Assembly: GCA_029262375.1 (NCBI GenBank)
Contig: JAJCZM010000049.1
Coordinates: 3,992 to 67,991, forward strand
Direction: 5' to 3'
DNA from: Deltaproteobacteria bacterium
GTDB lineage: Bacteria; Desulfobacterota; Binatia; UBA1149; SPBQ01
Length of the DNA stretch: 64,000 nt
Position 1 is the stretch's first letter, and the number at the start of each line of letters is the position of its first letter. Below, piece after piece: positions 47,548-57,019 of this stretch. A model generated the notes under the pieces. That model did no database searches. It was not told where the DNA came from and saw nothing but the letters and a program-made list of their open reading frames with translations. A program made the translations under genes and the position numbers.

Positions 47548-48107
47548 GGCGCGACCTTAACGGCACGCCCACTGCCTTGGCAAGCTAGAGGCTTTCCCAC
47601 AAGCTTGGAAGCCACGACGACCGGTCTGCAGAGTCCGCTGATGCCAATTCGGGGGCTGCAACGGAACGCTGACAGAACAGGGCTACTGCGACGGTCTCGT
47701 CCTCCCAGGGGGCAGGCCCACGATATCGTGCGCTACCAACACCCACTGCGCAGCGGTCGGACCGGAAGCCGGGTTCTGCACGCTCGTCGAACCCTTGGCG
47801 TGCTTCGACTACCCGATCGTACCCGAATCGTTCGCCTCGCCGCACGCCGGACAGCTATCGACAGCGACCTGCCGCGCGCCCAGCATGAGCGCGTTCATCA
47901 ATGGTTCGGTCGGCCTGCCGGGTCCGACGTTGTATCAACTCGACTACGAGTTGCTCACTGCCTGCCCGAACGGCCGTCGCTACGAAGGACCCGGCGGTAC
48001 GATTTGCGCTGTGCCCTAGGCGGAGACACGCGGAGCATCGCGGCCGCTTGCCAAGTTCCCCATCGATGCGAAAGTAGCAGCAGAGCAACCTCAATCAGGA
48101 GATTCCG

Positions 48108-48617
48108 ATGGCAGATGCATCCGTCTTAATGGCCACCAGCGAGAATCGGCGCGAGTTCGTGCAACGCTATCGCACCTGCGTCTTCGCGTTCAATCGCAAA
48201 CAAGGGCCACCGTCGATGTCGATCGTCTACTACGTGTGCGACGGCGACGACATCCTTATTGCAACGATGGCCGCGCGCGCGAAGTCCAAGGCGGTCGCGC
48301 GTCTTGGCGAAGCGTCGCTGTGCATTCTCGACGAGAAGTGGCCGATGACCTACATGCAGGTGTTGGGGCCGACCGTCGTCGATCGCGACTTCGACAAGAC
48401 GGTAGACGTGATGAAGAAGGTCGGCGAGATCATGAGCGGCAACCCCATACCGGACGAAGCCCGTCCGGTGATCGAGGACATGGCTCGGCGCGAAGACCGC
48501 GTGCTCCTGCGCATGACGCCCGAGTGGACCGTCTACACGCCGCCCGTACATCTGAACGCAGGTGACGATGGCGCCAAGCTCCAGCACGGTCTCGCGGCGA
48601 GACTGCCCTGGCGTTAG
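48108..48617 (+). CDS. PPOX-class (pyridoxamine 5'-phosphate oxidase-like, probably F420/FMN-binding) protein
   Basis: 169 aa. ...CVFAFNRKQGPPSMSIVYYVCDGDDILIATMAARAKSKAVARLGEASLCILDE... fits the split-barrel PPOX pattern by eye. Confidence 0.65.
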   Translation: MADASVLMATSENRREFVQRYRTCVFAFNRKQGPPSMSIVYYVCDGDDILIATMAARAKSKAVARLGEASLCILDEKWPMTYMQVLGPTVVDRDFDKTVDVMKKVGEIMSGNPIPDEARPVIEDMARREDRVLLRMTPEWTVYTPPVHLNAGDDGAKLQHGLAARLPWR

Positions 48618-48695
48618 GACGTCGCACAGCACGCACGCAGATCAACTCCCGAGGTTGAATGAGCACGACTACCGTACCGCCACGTTCGAATGCCG

Positions 48696-49727
48696 TCAGT
48701 CCCGCGTCACTACCAGCTTGATGCTGTCCTCGAGCCACGCCGTCGGCGCTTCTTCCCAATCGACGACGCGCGTCGTCACTTCCTCGGGGCGCAGGCGACG
48801 CTCGGCAATCAGCGGCATTACTTCGGGCAAGAGCGAAACGGCATGCGCACGGCCGATGTGGAACTGGATCCCCAGCGTGTAAAGCTTGCCGACCGGCAGC
48901 GCCAAATCGCCGCCGGGTAGATAGGTCGCACTGTGACAGATGCCTTCGGGTTCGGTGGATTCGATCGCGTAGCGCAGACCTTCGCCGCGGACTCCGCAAT
49001 CGGCCACGATCGGATAGCGCTTCTGCCGACGTGCGAAATCGGTTTCGATCGGGTGGGCACCCAGCTTGCTCGCGAGAGAGCGCGCGTCTGCATCATCGCT
49101 CGCGAAGTCTACGCTCGAAGCACCGAGCGCAATCGCGGTTTGGACGGCATAGAGCGAAATGCTCCGCGAGCCGTGGCTGACGACGAGCACCTCGGAACCC
49201 GGACGCTGGGCGAGATGAGATGCCACGGTTCGATAACCGTCCAGCACATTGTCGGAAACACTCGCGAGCCCGACGGGGTCGAGCCCTTCGGGTATCGGAC
49301 ACAGCATCGCCGCAGCATGCGGCACGCGGACCGCGTCGGAGAGCATGCCTCCGTACTCGACACCGGAGAGCGGTTGCATTCCGTAGTCGGAAAGCACCGG
49401 ATACTCGTCGCAATTTCCCGAGTGCCCCGCACCGCAAGAACGACAGCGGCCGCAACTCAATTGAAACGCGACGACCGCGAGCTTGCCGACAGCGAGCGCC
49501 GAGTTGCTCGAGACGCCGTCGGCCAACTCGACGATCTCGACCACCGCTTCGTGCCCGACCGCAAAGGGCGCCTTCATGGGAAACAGACCCGACGTCAAAA
49601 ACGGATCGATCTCGCACCGCGCAACGGCGCGCGGCCGAACGATGGCATCGCCGTCGTGTTGGAGCCGAGGTTGGGGCACCTCATGCCACTGGAGTTCGCG
49701 CGCGCCGGTACAGACGAGTTGTCTCAT
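48696..49727 (-). CDS. Zinc-dependent medium-chain alcohol dehydrogenase family protein
   Basis: The track ORF runs to 49895. The ATG at 49727 gives MRQLVCTGARELQWHEVPQPRL. Has the GHE motif (AVGHEAVVEIV) and the structural-zinc Cys cluster CGRCRSCGAGHSGNC. Confidence 0.8.
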   Translation of the reverse strand: MRQLVCTGARELQWHEVPQPRLQHDGDAIVRPRAVARCEIDPFLTSGLFPMKAPFAVGHEAVVEIVELADGVSSNSALAVGKLAVVAFQLSCGRCRSCGAGHSGNCDEYPVLSDYGMQPLSGVEYGGMLSDAVRVPHAAAMLCPIPEGLDPVGLASVSDNVLDGYRTVASHLAQRPGSEVLVVSHGSRSISLYAVQTAIALGASSVDFASDDADARSLASKLGAHPIETDFARRQKRYPIVADCGVRGEGLRYAIESTEPEGICHSATYLPGGDLALPVGKLYTLGIQFHIGRAHAVSLLPEVMPLIAERRLRPEEVTTRVVDWEEAPTAWLEDSIKLVVTRD

Positions 49728-49822
49728 GTTGCCAGCGTCGGACGTCACCCCGCTCAAAGCAAACGATTTTCCGGCATGCGTGGTTGCGAAAAACGCAACG
49801 CCCGGCGCTTCGCTCAATATAG

Positions 49823-50707
49823 TCAGTCGGGCGTCGAAACGAGCCAGTCTCGGAAGGCCACAATCCGCGGATCGTCGAGGCTCTCCGGACGACATACGAG
49901 GTGATAGGTCTGTTCAGATCTCACCTTGGCATCAAAAGGAGTGCACAGCCGCCCGTCTTCGATTTCGGCCGAACAAAGAAGCCGAGCGCTGAGCGCCACG
50001 CCCTGTCCTGACTCGGCTGCACTGAGCGCGATCCCGACGTGGTCGTACTCGATCGCGCGGCTTCCGTGCGCAGGCGCACCGTCGGTCGCCTGCACCCATT
50101 CGTTCCAGGCGTCCGGGACCTGACTCACATAAATCCACGGGTGGTTGGCAAGATCGCGCAGCGAACGAATCGGCTCGGGGCCGTCGCGCAATTCCGGGCT
50201 GCAGACGGGGAAGACATCGAGGTCGACGATCGGCTCGCTGTGTAGATCCGCCCACGGGCCCGTTCCAAAGCGAATGGCGACATCAACCGGATCGCGATCG
50301 AAGTCGGCGTAGCGAAGCGTGGCTTCGATTCGAAGCTCGATTGCCGGATGTGCCGCTATGAAATCCGAGAGACGCGGGACGAGCCAGCGGGCGCTGAACG
50401 ACTCGAGCGCGCTTACGCGCAGTGAGCCTTCGCGCACTTCCGAACGAAGCTCATCGCGCGCCGCTCGTAGCTCGCGCAAAACCCGCGCCGCAGTCTCGAG
50501 GTAGCGCGCGCCGGCCGGCGTCAGCTCGATGCCCGGATTGCCCCGCAGGAAGAGTCGCGTGTCGAGGAGTTCTTCGAGCCCCATCACCTGGCGGCTCACG
50601 GCCGACGCCGATAGGTGCAGCCGCGCAGCCGCTTCTTTGAAACTCAAAGTCTCGGCTGCGGTCACGAACGCGCGCAACGAAGAAATCGAGGGAAGCTCAT
50701 CATGCAT
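49823..50707 (-). CDS. LysR-family transcriptional regulator
   Basis: 294 aa. The N-terminal HTH is LRAFVTAAETLSFKEAAARLHLSASAVSRQVMGLEELL. Confidence 0.9.
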   Translation of the reverse strand: MHDELPSISSLRAFVTAAETLSFKEAAARLHLSASAVSRQVMGLEELLDTRLFLRGNPGIELTPAGARYLETAARVLRELRAARDELRSEVREGSLRVSALESFSARWLVPRLSDFIAAHPAIELRIEATLRYADFDRDPVDVAIRFGTGPWADLHSEPIVDLDVFPVCSPELRDGPEPIRSLRDLANHPWIYVSQVPDAWNEWVQATDGAPAHGSRAIEYDHVGIALSAAESGQGVALSARLLCSAEIEDGRLCTPFDAKVRSEQTYHLVCRPESLDDPRIVAFRDWLVSTPD

Positions 50708-50866
50708 CGATCACAGGAAGTATCGAGAAATCGGTACTCGCGCCAGTGCCGCCGGCGGTGGAGTTCAAGGGTCCGATCTCCTGAACTCCGCCGCCGGCCA
50801 ACGTCGTGACAAAGCCCCGCCGATGGCGTAACCCTACCGACTACCGAACGGCTGGGGGGAATCATC

Positions 50867-51553
50867 ATGACTCGAAACGCAATGTACGTACTGTGGGCAG
50901 CCACATGCATGTTCGTTCTAAGCGGCACGTCCAGTGCACGCGCCGTATGTGGCGACGTAAACGCAAGCGGCGATGTTACAGCCACGGACGCGCTCGTCGT
51001 TCTCAACGAGGCCGTCGGACTCAATCCTGATCTCGCTTGCGATACAGAGTTTGAGACTCGCGTCTCTGAGCTGGAACGAAGCGCGTCGCCGATCGTTCGT
51101 GACCGCGAGGGCGCGGAGATCGGCGTCCTCGTCCTGGACATTCGGGCTATAGATGGGCTTTCGTTGGTAGTTCGCGACACCGTCCAACAACGGCAACTGC
51201 GTATCGACACATACTGGGGCTCCCAGGGGGAATTGATCAACAATCCCAGCGAGCTTCCTTTCTTCGCAACCCCAGACTGTTCCGGCCCTGCGTACGTCGA
51301 CACGAGTACGACACTGGTCGTCTCGGGATCTTCAGACACCGAGTACCGGGTCTGGAGATCCAGTGCCCCGATCTCGTCGCCAACGACTATCATGAGCCAT
51401 ATCGATTCCGAGGAGTGTATCCTTCTCCCCGAGCAGTACAGATCCACCGTCACAGACATGGGCCTCGATCAGTTCGGCAACGCGTGGTACACGGCTACGG
51501 AAGTCGAGCTGACCTACATGGTTCCGATACGATTCCCCATCACGATCGACTAG
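50867..51553 (+). CDS. Secreted hypothetical protein with a single N-terminal dockerin-like segment
   Basis: 228 aa with a signal peptide. This is followed by CGDVNASGDVTATDALVVLNEAVG. Confidence 0.6.
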   Translation: MTRNAMYVLWAATCMFVLSGTSSARAVCGDVNASGDVTATDALVVLNEAVGLNPDLACDTEFETRVSELERSASPIVRDREGAEIGVLVLDIRAIDGLSLVVRDTVQQRQLRIDTYWGSQGELINNPSELPFFATPDCSGPAYVDTSTTLVVSGSSDTEYRVWRSSAPISSPTTIMSHIDSEECILLPEQYRSTVTDMGLDQFGNAWYTATEVELTYMVPIRFPITID

Positions 51554-51573
51554 CCAGGGTCTGCGCTGTGACC

Positions 51574-52332
51574 TCACACTGTGACAACAAAGAAGTGGTA
51601 CCCGTACGACGCACCGTGGCGCCGACGCATGTCGATCTCTCTTTCCGTCATGGCGACGATTTCGAGTGCGTCGTCGTGCATCGCGTACTTTGCCTTGAGC
51701 GAAGGAAGCTTGCTCTGCAACGGCGTGTAGTAGTCGTCCCACCACGCAGAGTCCGGCAGCGTGAAGTCTGCGACCGCGATATATCCGCACTCGCGAATCA
51801 GTTCGGAGATGGAACGGGCCATGGTCATGGCCGGGTACGCCTCTTCGAAGAAGGCGAGTACTTCATCCGGCGGACTGTCGTCTAGCCAGACCAACTCCGT
51901 GAAGGCAAGGCAGCCGCGTGGACGTAGTAGCCGACGCCACGCCGTCAGCGCTTCGCGGATACCGAGGATGTACGCGGCCCCTTCGCACCAGATTAAGTCG
52001 AACGACTCGGGGGGAAACTCCAGTTTCGCCATGTCGCCGATCTTCGCGACAACGCGATCGGTAACGCACGCCCGTTCGGCGTCTCTGCGAAGCTGCGTAA
52101 GGTATTCTTCACAGTTGTCGACGGCGACAACGTGCCCGGCCAATGCCGTAGCCAGAGCTATCGTCTGCATGCCCGGACCGCAGCCGATATCCAGCACCGC
52201 CGGCTCGCTCGGAAGGCCCGCGCAGAACGCGAGCGCCTGGAGCGTGCTCTCGTTGAGTCCTGGTCCCTGCCGCGGCAATCCGCGCTGAACCTCGTAGAAG
52301 ATCTCGCTAAGCCTGGTGTCAACGCCATCCAC
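51574..52332 (-). CDS. Class I SAM-dependent methyltransferase
   Basis: 252 aa. Motif I is VLDIGCGPGMQT, with post-I AVD and DLIWCEGA. Confidence 0.85.
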   Translation of the reverse strand: MDGVDTRLSEIFYEVQRGLPRQGPGLNESTLQALAFCAGLPSEPAVLDIGCGPGMQTIALATALAGHVVAVDNCEEYLTQLRRDAERACVTDRVVAKIGDMAKLEFPPESFDLIWCEGAAYILGIREALTAWRRLLRPRGCLAFTELVWLDDSPPDEVLAFFEEAYPAMTMARSISELIRECGYIAVADFTLPDSAWWDDYYTPLQSKLPSLKAKYAMHDDALEIVAMTEREIDMRRRHGASYGYHFFVVTV

Positions 52333-52419
52333 AATCGCTGACCCTTACCCGAAGTTGAGAGGTGAGTCGCCTATCGTCGTCCTCGGGGATTGGTGACAAG
52401 GCCTGCCGACGAAGCGACG

Positions 52420-54318
52420 CTAGCTCGCCAACTCGTCGGGCGAGAGTTCTTCCACCCTAACATCGACCGTCAGCGTTTCGGTTCCGGTGTCACCCTTGTA
52501 GATGGTCCCGGCAGTCGGTGTGGCATCGCGATAGTTACGACCGCATGCCACTCGAACATGATCGACACCGGCGATACACCCGTTCGTTGGATCGAATCCG
52601 CGCCAGCCGTTCCACGGTAGATAGAGTTCCGCCCACGCGTGCGATGCTTCGGACTGAATCTTATTCTCGTAGTTGCTGCCGGTGAAGATGTAACCGACGC
52701 GATATCGCGCCGGGAGCCCCAACAGCCGCGCAAGACAGATCATCAGATTCGCAAAGTCTTGGCAGACGCCTTGCCGACTCACGAACACGTCGTACGGCGT
52801 GGTTTCGAGCGTCGTCGATCCCGAGACGTACGCGAAGTCTCTATAGATGGTTTCGTTGAGCTCGAGAACGGTACAGTTCAAATCGTTATCGTTTCGTGCG
52901 GCGATGCTCAGCGCGAACTCGTTGAGCTCTTGCAGCTCGGTTTCGGGAAGCTCGACCGGCAGCAAATAGGGCGACATCATCTGCCGCTGCCACGGCATCC
53001 ACACGAGCGGCAACGTATCGCGTCGAGCCGACGATCTACCTGCCAGCGGTGGAGGCTCGAGAACGCGAATGACCGATCTCGCCGCAATCGTCAGTTCCGA
53101 GTATGGCATCGAGAGTTCGACGTAGCGCGAATGGTTGCCGAATACGTCCTCGAAGTCTTTGCTGGGCCCGTCTACCGAGTGCAGCAAGGAATGCTCGATA
53201 ACTGACTGGTAGTCATCGTGAACGGGGCGAAGCCGGTACACGTGAGCGCTGTGTTCCACAGGGCCGGTGTACTTGTAATTCGTCTCATGCGTGACCGACA
53301 GAATCCGCTCGGACGGGAGCGGCGAAACTCCCGGCGCGGACTGCGTCCCCGGGGCGTGAACGGAAACGGAATCGCCGACCTGCACAATCGGTCGAGTGAG
53401 TGCCGGGTCGGTCGATACTACGGAGCCTTGGGGCGACGTCGACACCGCGGCTTGTTGCGCATCAAGCTGTCGCGAACCAGCGAACGACCCGACCCCGGGA
53501 GACGAATTCTCGACCTGCTGATTGGGTGCGCTGTTCCAAACCACGGCGCCGCCGCGCAAGACGAGCGTTTGGCCGGGCAGCATGCGGATCCATGGCTCAT
53601 CGGACTGCGGCGCATTCGAAATGATGCTCATCGTCCGATTGCGGTCGAGCGAGCCCGTCAGCGCGATGACGAGTTCATCAAAATGCATTTCCTCAGTCGC
53701 GTGAGGCGGAACGCGCCGCAACCAATACAACGGATTGAAGTCGTTGCGGTCGCTTCGAACGATGATGTGACGACCGTCGGTGAAGACCATGTTGGCACTT
53801 CCCAGGTCGTTCACTTGGTCGAACATCGTTACAAGGTTCTCCCAACCGTACTCTTCGAGCGTCCTCGCTCCCTCCGTCCTCAACAGGGTCAACAACCAGC
53901 ACACGAGATGCTCGCTGTCGGTCTTGCCGATCGGCTCGAAAACGGGATTCACTCCGAGCGAAAAACTCTCGCGGAAGTCGTCGCGGAGGTCGCCGTTGTG
54001 CGCGAAGATCCAGTGGCGGCCCGCGTAGCTCTTGAGAAATGGCTGGGCATCTCGCTGGAGAGCCTTCTTGGTGGAACCGCGCAGGTGGCACACGAAACTA
54101 CTGGAGCGGAACCGTTCCCACTCGCGCAGCAACCCTGACATCGCGTCCTGCTCCGACGAATCGGGGTTCTTCAACACCACGGCGGTTTCGTCGTCGTTGG
54201 GGTACCAACCAAAGCCCCAGCCGAACTGGCCGGTCATCGCTTTCGGGCTGGAGTCTCGTCGAATCGTGAAGCCCGGTGAGGCTTCGTTATCGAAGGATAT
54301 GGCGATGAGGGTGCTCAT
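52420..54318 (-). CDS. Fusion protein: class II (Ntn) glutamine-amidotransferase-like domain + Bact_transglu_N + transglutaminase-core domain
   Basis: 632 aa. The N-terminus has MSTLIAISF...HLRGSTKK...WIFAHNGDL (GATase-II pattern). The C-terminus has GVCQDFANL...SHAWAELYL...GFDPTNG (Cys-His-Asp transglutaminase triad). Confidence 0.8.
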   Translation of the reverse strand: MSTLIAISFDNEASPGFTIRRDSSPKAMTGQFGWGFGWYPNDDETAVVLKNPDSSEQDAMSGLLREWERFRSSSFVCHLRGSTKKALQRDAQPFLKSYAGRHWIFAHNGDLRDDFRESFSLGVNPVFEPIGKTDSEHLVCWLLTLLRTEGARTLEEYGWENLVTMFDQVNDLGSANMVFTDGRHIIVRSDRNDFNPLYWLRRVPPHATEEMHFDELVIALTGSLDRNRTMSIISNAPQSDEPWIRMLPGQTLVLRGGAVVWNSAPNQQVENSSPGVGSFAGSRQLDAQQAAVSTSPQGSVVSTDPALTRPIVQVGDSVSVHAPGTQSAPGVSPLPSERILSVTHETNYKYTGPVEHSAHVYRLRPVHDDYQSVIEHSLLHSVDGPSKDFEDVFGNHSRYVELSMPYSELTIAARSVIRVLEPPPLAGRSSARRDTLPLVWMPWQRQMMSPYLLPVELPETELQELNEFALSIAARNDNDLNCTVLELNETIYRDFAYVSGSTTLETTPYDVFVSRQGVCQDFANLMICLARLLGLPARYRVGYIFTGSNYENKIQSEASHAWAELYLPWNGWRGFDPTNGCIAGVDHVRVACGRNYRDATPTAGTIYKGDTGTETLTVDVRVEELSPDELAS

Positions 54319-54372
54319 GAGTACTTGCTTCTCGAGGTCGGCTTAGCCGCTTGCCTCTGCCGGCGCAACGTC

Positions 54373-55353
54373 TCAGCCACTCGCCTCGGCCGGCGCGATG
54401 TTGGCCTCCCATTCGAAGAAATCGTCTTCGATCGTGTGACAGAGCTCTGCAGACGCGTCGATCACCCAGGTGAGCAGTTCGTGCATACCCTCCGCGATCG
54501 CTTCGTCGATCGTCAGCGCATTGAGACGCACCAGCATGTCCTGCACAGCCCGCGCAGATGCGGCACCGATCTTCGGGCTACTCGACAGCCGCACAGCCTC
54601 CAGGCGGAGCGCCGTCCGGTCTAGGTTGTGACGTATCGATCTCGGGAAGCCAGGGTCGAACAATAGGAATCCGGCAACCGTTCGCGCCTCGAGTTCGTTG
54701 GCCGCCCGCTTGAAGAACGGTTCGACCGCGCTACACGAACGCAGTGCCGCCAGCCACTGCGCTGTCTCGACGGGTGTCTCACGCTCGGTGTCGGGCCCAA
54801 GGCTGTGATACTTCACGTCCAGGATGCGTGCGGTCTGCGATACGCGCTCCAGCGCCGCTCCGATCTGCATGAATTCGTAGGCCTCTTCGTGCAGCATCGT
54901 TGCGTGGCGCACTCCTTCGAACAGCATGCCGCGTTCGCGCAGATGCAGGTAGAAACGGTGACGGTCCTCGTCGTACATTCGCTGGGCGGAGCGGCTGCAC
55001 AGCCACAACCACAAATCGTTGATCGTCTCCCACATCTCCAGACTGCCCGTCTCGCGAATCGTCCGCATGGTTTCGCGTGCGGAACGCACCGAGCTGTAGA
55101 TGGACATGGGACTGTCCGCGTTCCACGTCAGATAGCGAAGCACCACCTCTTCGTCACTCATCGCTTCGACGCCGAATGATTTGGTGAACGGTTCCTCTTC
55201 GCCGCTGACGATGACCAACGGACGCCACTGATCTGTCGCGAGACTTCCGTCCAAGGCGAGAGTGGCCGTCACGTCGAGAAGGCGAGCGTAGGTCTCAGCA
55301 CGCTCAGTGTAACGAGCCAGCCAAAAGCAGTTTTGCGCGACTCGAGAGATCAT
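54373..55353 (-). CDS. Alpha-E domain protein
   Basis: 326 aa. [28 protein letters not shown] is the typical alpha-E start. 4-nt overlap with the ATP-grasp gene. Confidence 0.85.
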   Translation of the reverse strand: MISRVAQNCFWLARYTERAETYARLLDVTATLALDGSLATDQWRPLVIVSGEEEPFTKSFGVEAMSDEEVVLRYLTWNADSPMSIYSSVRSARETMRTIRETGSLEMWETINDLWLWLCSRSAQRMYDEDRHRFYLHLRERGMLFEGVRHATMLHEEAYEFMQIGAALERVSQTARILDVKYHSLGPDTERETPVETAQWLAALRSCSAVEPFFKRAANELEARTVAGFLLFDPGFPRSIRHNLDRTALRLEAVRLSSSPKIGAASARAVQDMLVRLNALTIDEAIAEGMHELLTWVIDASAELCHTIEDDFFEWEANIAPAEASG

Positions 55354-56882
55354 CGCTGGGCCTCACGCAGTACCCAAGTGTCTTTACTACCGCCGCCCTG
55401 GCTCGAATTGACGACGTACGAACCTTTGACCAGCGCCACCCGTGTCAGCCCTCCAGGCAATACCCAACTGCCGTCGGTACCGGTGACGACATAAGGCCGA
55501 AGGTCGACGCGCCTGGGAGCTACGCCGCGCGGCGTCCACGCCGGACAGGTCGATAGTTCCACACGCGGCTGCGCGATGTAGTTGCGCGGCGAGGCTTTGA
55601 TCTTTTCACGAAACTCATCGCACTGGCGACGCGTCGCCTGAGGTCCGATGAGCATACCGTAGCCACCCGACTCGTTGACCGCTTTGACCACCAACTTGTC
55701 GATGTTCTCCAGGACGTAGGCGCGATCCTTTTCGCGGGCGCAGACGTAGGTCTCAACCTGTTGCAGACGCGGCTCCTCGGAGAGATAAAATCGGATCATC
55801 TCCGGCACATAGGGGTACACGGCCTTGTCGTCGGCAACCCCGTTCCCGATCCCGTTAGCCAGCGCAACGTTCCCTTTGGCATAGGCGGAAACGAGCCCCT
55901 TCACGCCCAAGAGACTGTCGGGATTGAACGCTGCAGGATCGAGGAATTCGTCATCGATTCGACGGTAGATCACATGCACCGCGCGCGGGCCGCGTGTCGT
56001 CTTGACGTACACCTTGTCGTCATCGACGAACAGATCGCTGCCCTCGACCAGCTCGGCTCCCATTCGGCGCGCCAAGAAACTGTGTTCGAAGTACGCCGAG
56101 TTGAAAGCCCCTGGTGTCAGCACCGCGGTTTGCGCGGCTGGGTCGCGGATCGGTGCGATCGAAGCCAACGCCCGACGCAGTCTCCCGGTGTATTCCTCGA
56201 CCGGAACCACCTGGGCGCGGCCGAAGATGCGCGGGAAAACCTTCTTCATCACCATGCGGTTCTCGAGCACGTAAGACACGCCCGAAGGCGTACGGACGTT
56301 GTCCTCGAGGACGCAAAATTCACCGTCATGATCGCGGATGAGATCTATTCCGGCGATGCAGACGCGCACGCCGCCGGCCGGCTTGATGCCGCGCATCTGC
56401 GGGAGATACCCGCTTGCCCCCTCGATGAGTTCGCGAGGAATGATGCCCTCGTCAAGGATTCGCTGGTCGCCGTAGATGTCCGAGAGGAACATGTTGATGG
56501 CGGTGACGCGCTGCTGGAGCCCGCTCTCGAGCCTGGCCCACTCATCCGGCAATACGAGGCGTGGAATGAGATCAAAAGGGAAGATTCGCTCTCCGCCCTT
56601 CGCGTCCGAGTACACCGAAAAGGTGATACCGCCTCTCAGGAAGGTGTTCTCGGCGAGCTTCTGTCGGTCGCGGAACGCCGTGCGTCCCATCTCGTCCAAC
56701 AGCGCGACGAGCCGGCGTGCCACGGGGCGACTCTCGCTACGCCCCGAAAAGAACTCGTCGTACGTCCCTGGCTCGGGACAGTAGTCTTCGAAAAGCGGGA
56801 CGCTATCGCCACCGCGCCGAGGGCGCCCTATGCCGTCCGTCATCGTCGTGTTCGCTGCCGCGCGTGCATTGCGATCATGCAA
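55350..56882 (-). CDS. Circularly permuted ATP-grasp (type 2) protein
   Basis: 510 aa. ...[31 protein letters not shown]...[21 protein letters not shown]... is typical of this family. Confidence 0.85.
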   Translation of the reverse strand: MHDRNARAAANTTMTDGIGRPRRGGDSVPLFEDYCPEPGTYDEFFSGRSESRPVARRLVALLDEMGRTAFRDRQKLAENTFLRGGITFSVYSDAKGGERIFPFDLIPRLVLPDEWARLESGLQQRVTAINMFLSDIYGDQRILDEGIIPRELIEGASGYLPQMRGIKPAGGVRVCIAGIDLIRDHDGEFCVLEDNVRTPSGVSYVLENRMVMKKVFPRIFGRAQVVPVEEYTGRLRRALASIAPIRDPAAQTAVLTPGAFNSAYFEHSFLARRMGAELVEGSDLFVDDDKVYVKTTRGPRAVHVIYRRIDDEFLDPAAFNPDSLLGVKGLVSAYAKGNVALANGIGNGVADDKAVYPYVPEMIRFYLSEEPRLQQVETYVCAREKDRAYVLENIDKLVVKAVNESGGYGMLIGPQATRRQCDEFREKIKASPRNYIAQPRVELSTCPAWTPRGVAPRRVDLRPYVVTGTDGSWVLPGGLTRVALVKGSYVVNSSQGGGSKDTWVLREAQR

Positions 56883-57019
56883 GCGCAGGGAGAGGGACTC
56901 ACCATTGTGGTCATATCCGTCTGAGTATACACCGGGCGCAAACGGATATACAAAATGGAAATCACTGCGCAGGCACTAAACGTCGTGTTTCGTAAAGCCT
57001 GTTGAGAGGCGCCCAACCG

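Noticed and set aside
47446-48129. 227-aa plus-strand ORF
   Set aside because: It has extreme Arg content, overlaps the 5' end of the 46390 gene on the opposite strand and the start of the PPOX gene, and has no domain-like sequence.
53218-56924. Long antisense ORFs opposite the transglutaminase fusion (53218-54138, 306 aa) and the ATP-grasp gene (55761-56924, 387 aa)
   Set aside because: They are Arg/His/Val-rich antisense frames of clearly assigned genes, a common artefact in GC-rich DNA.
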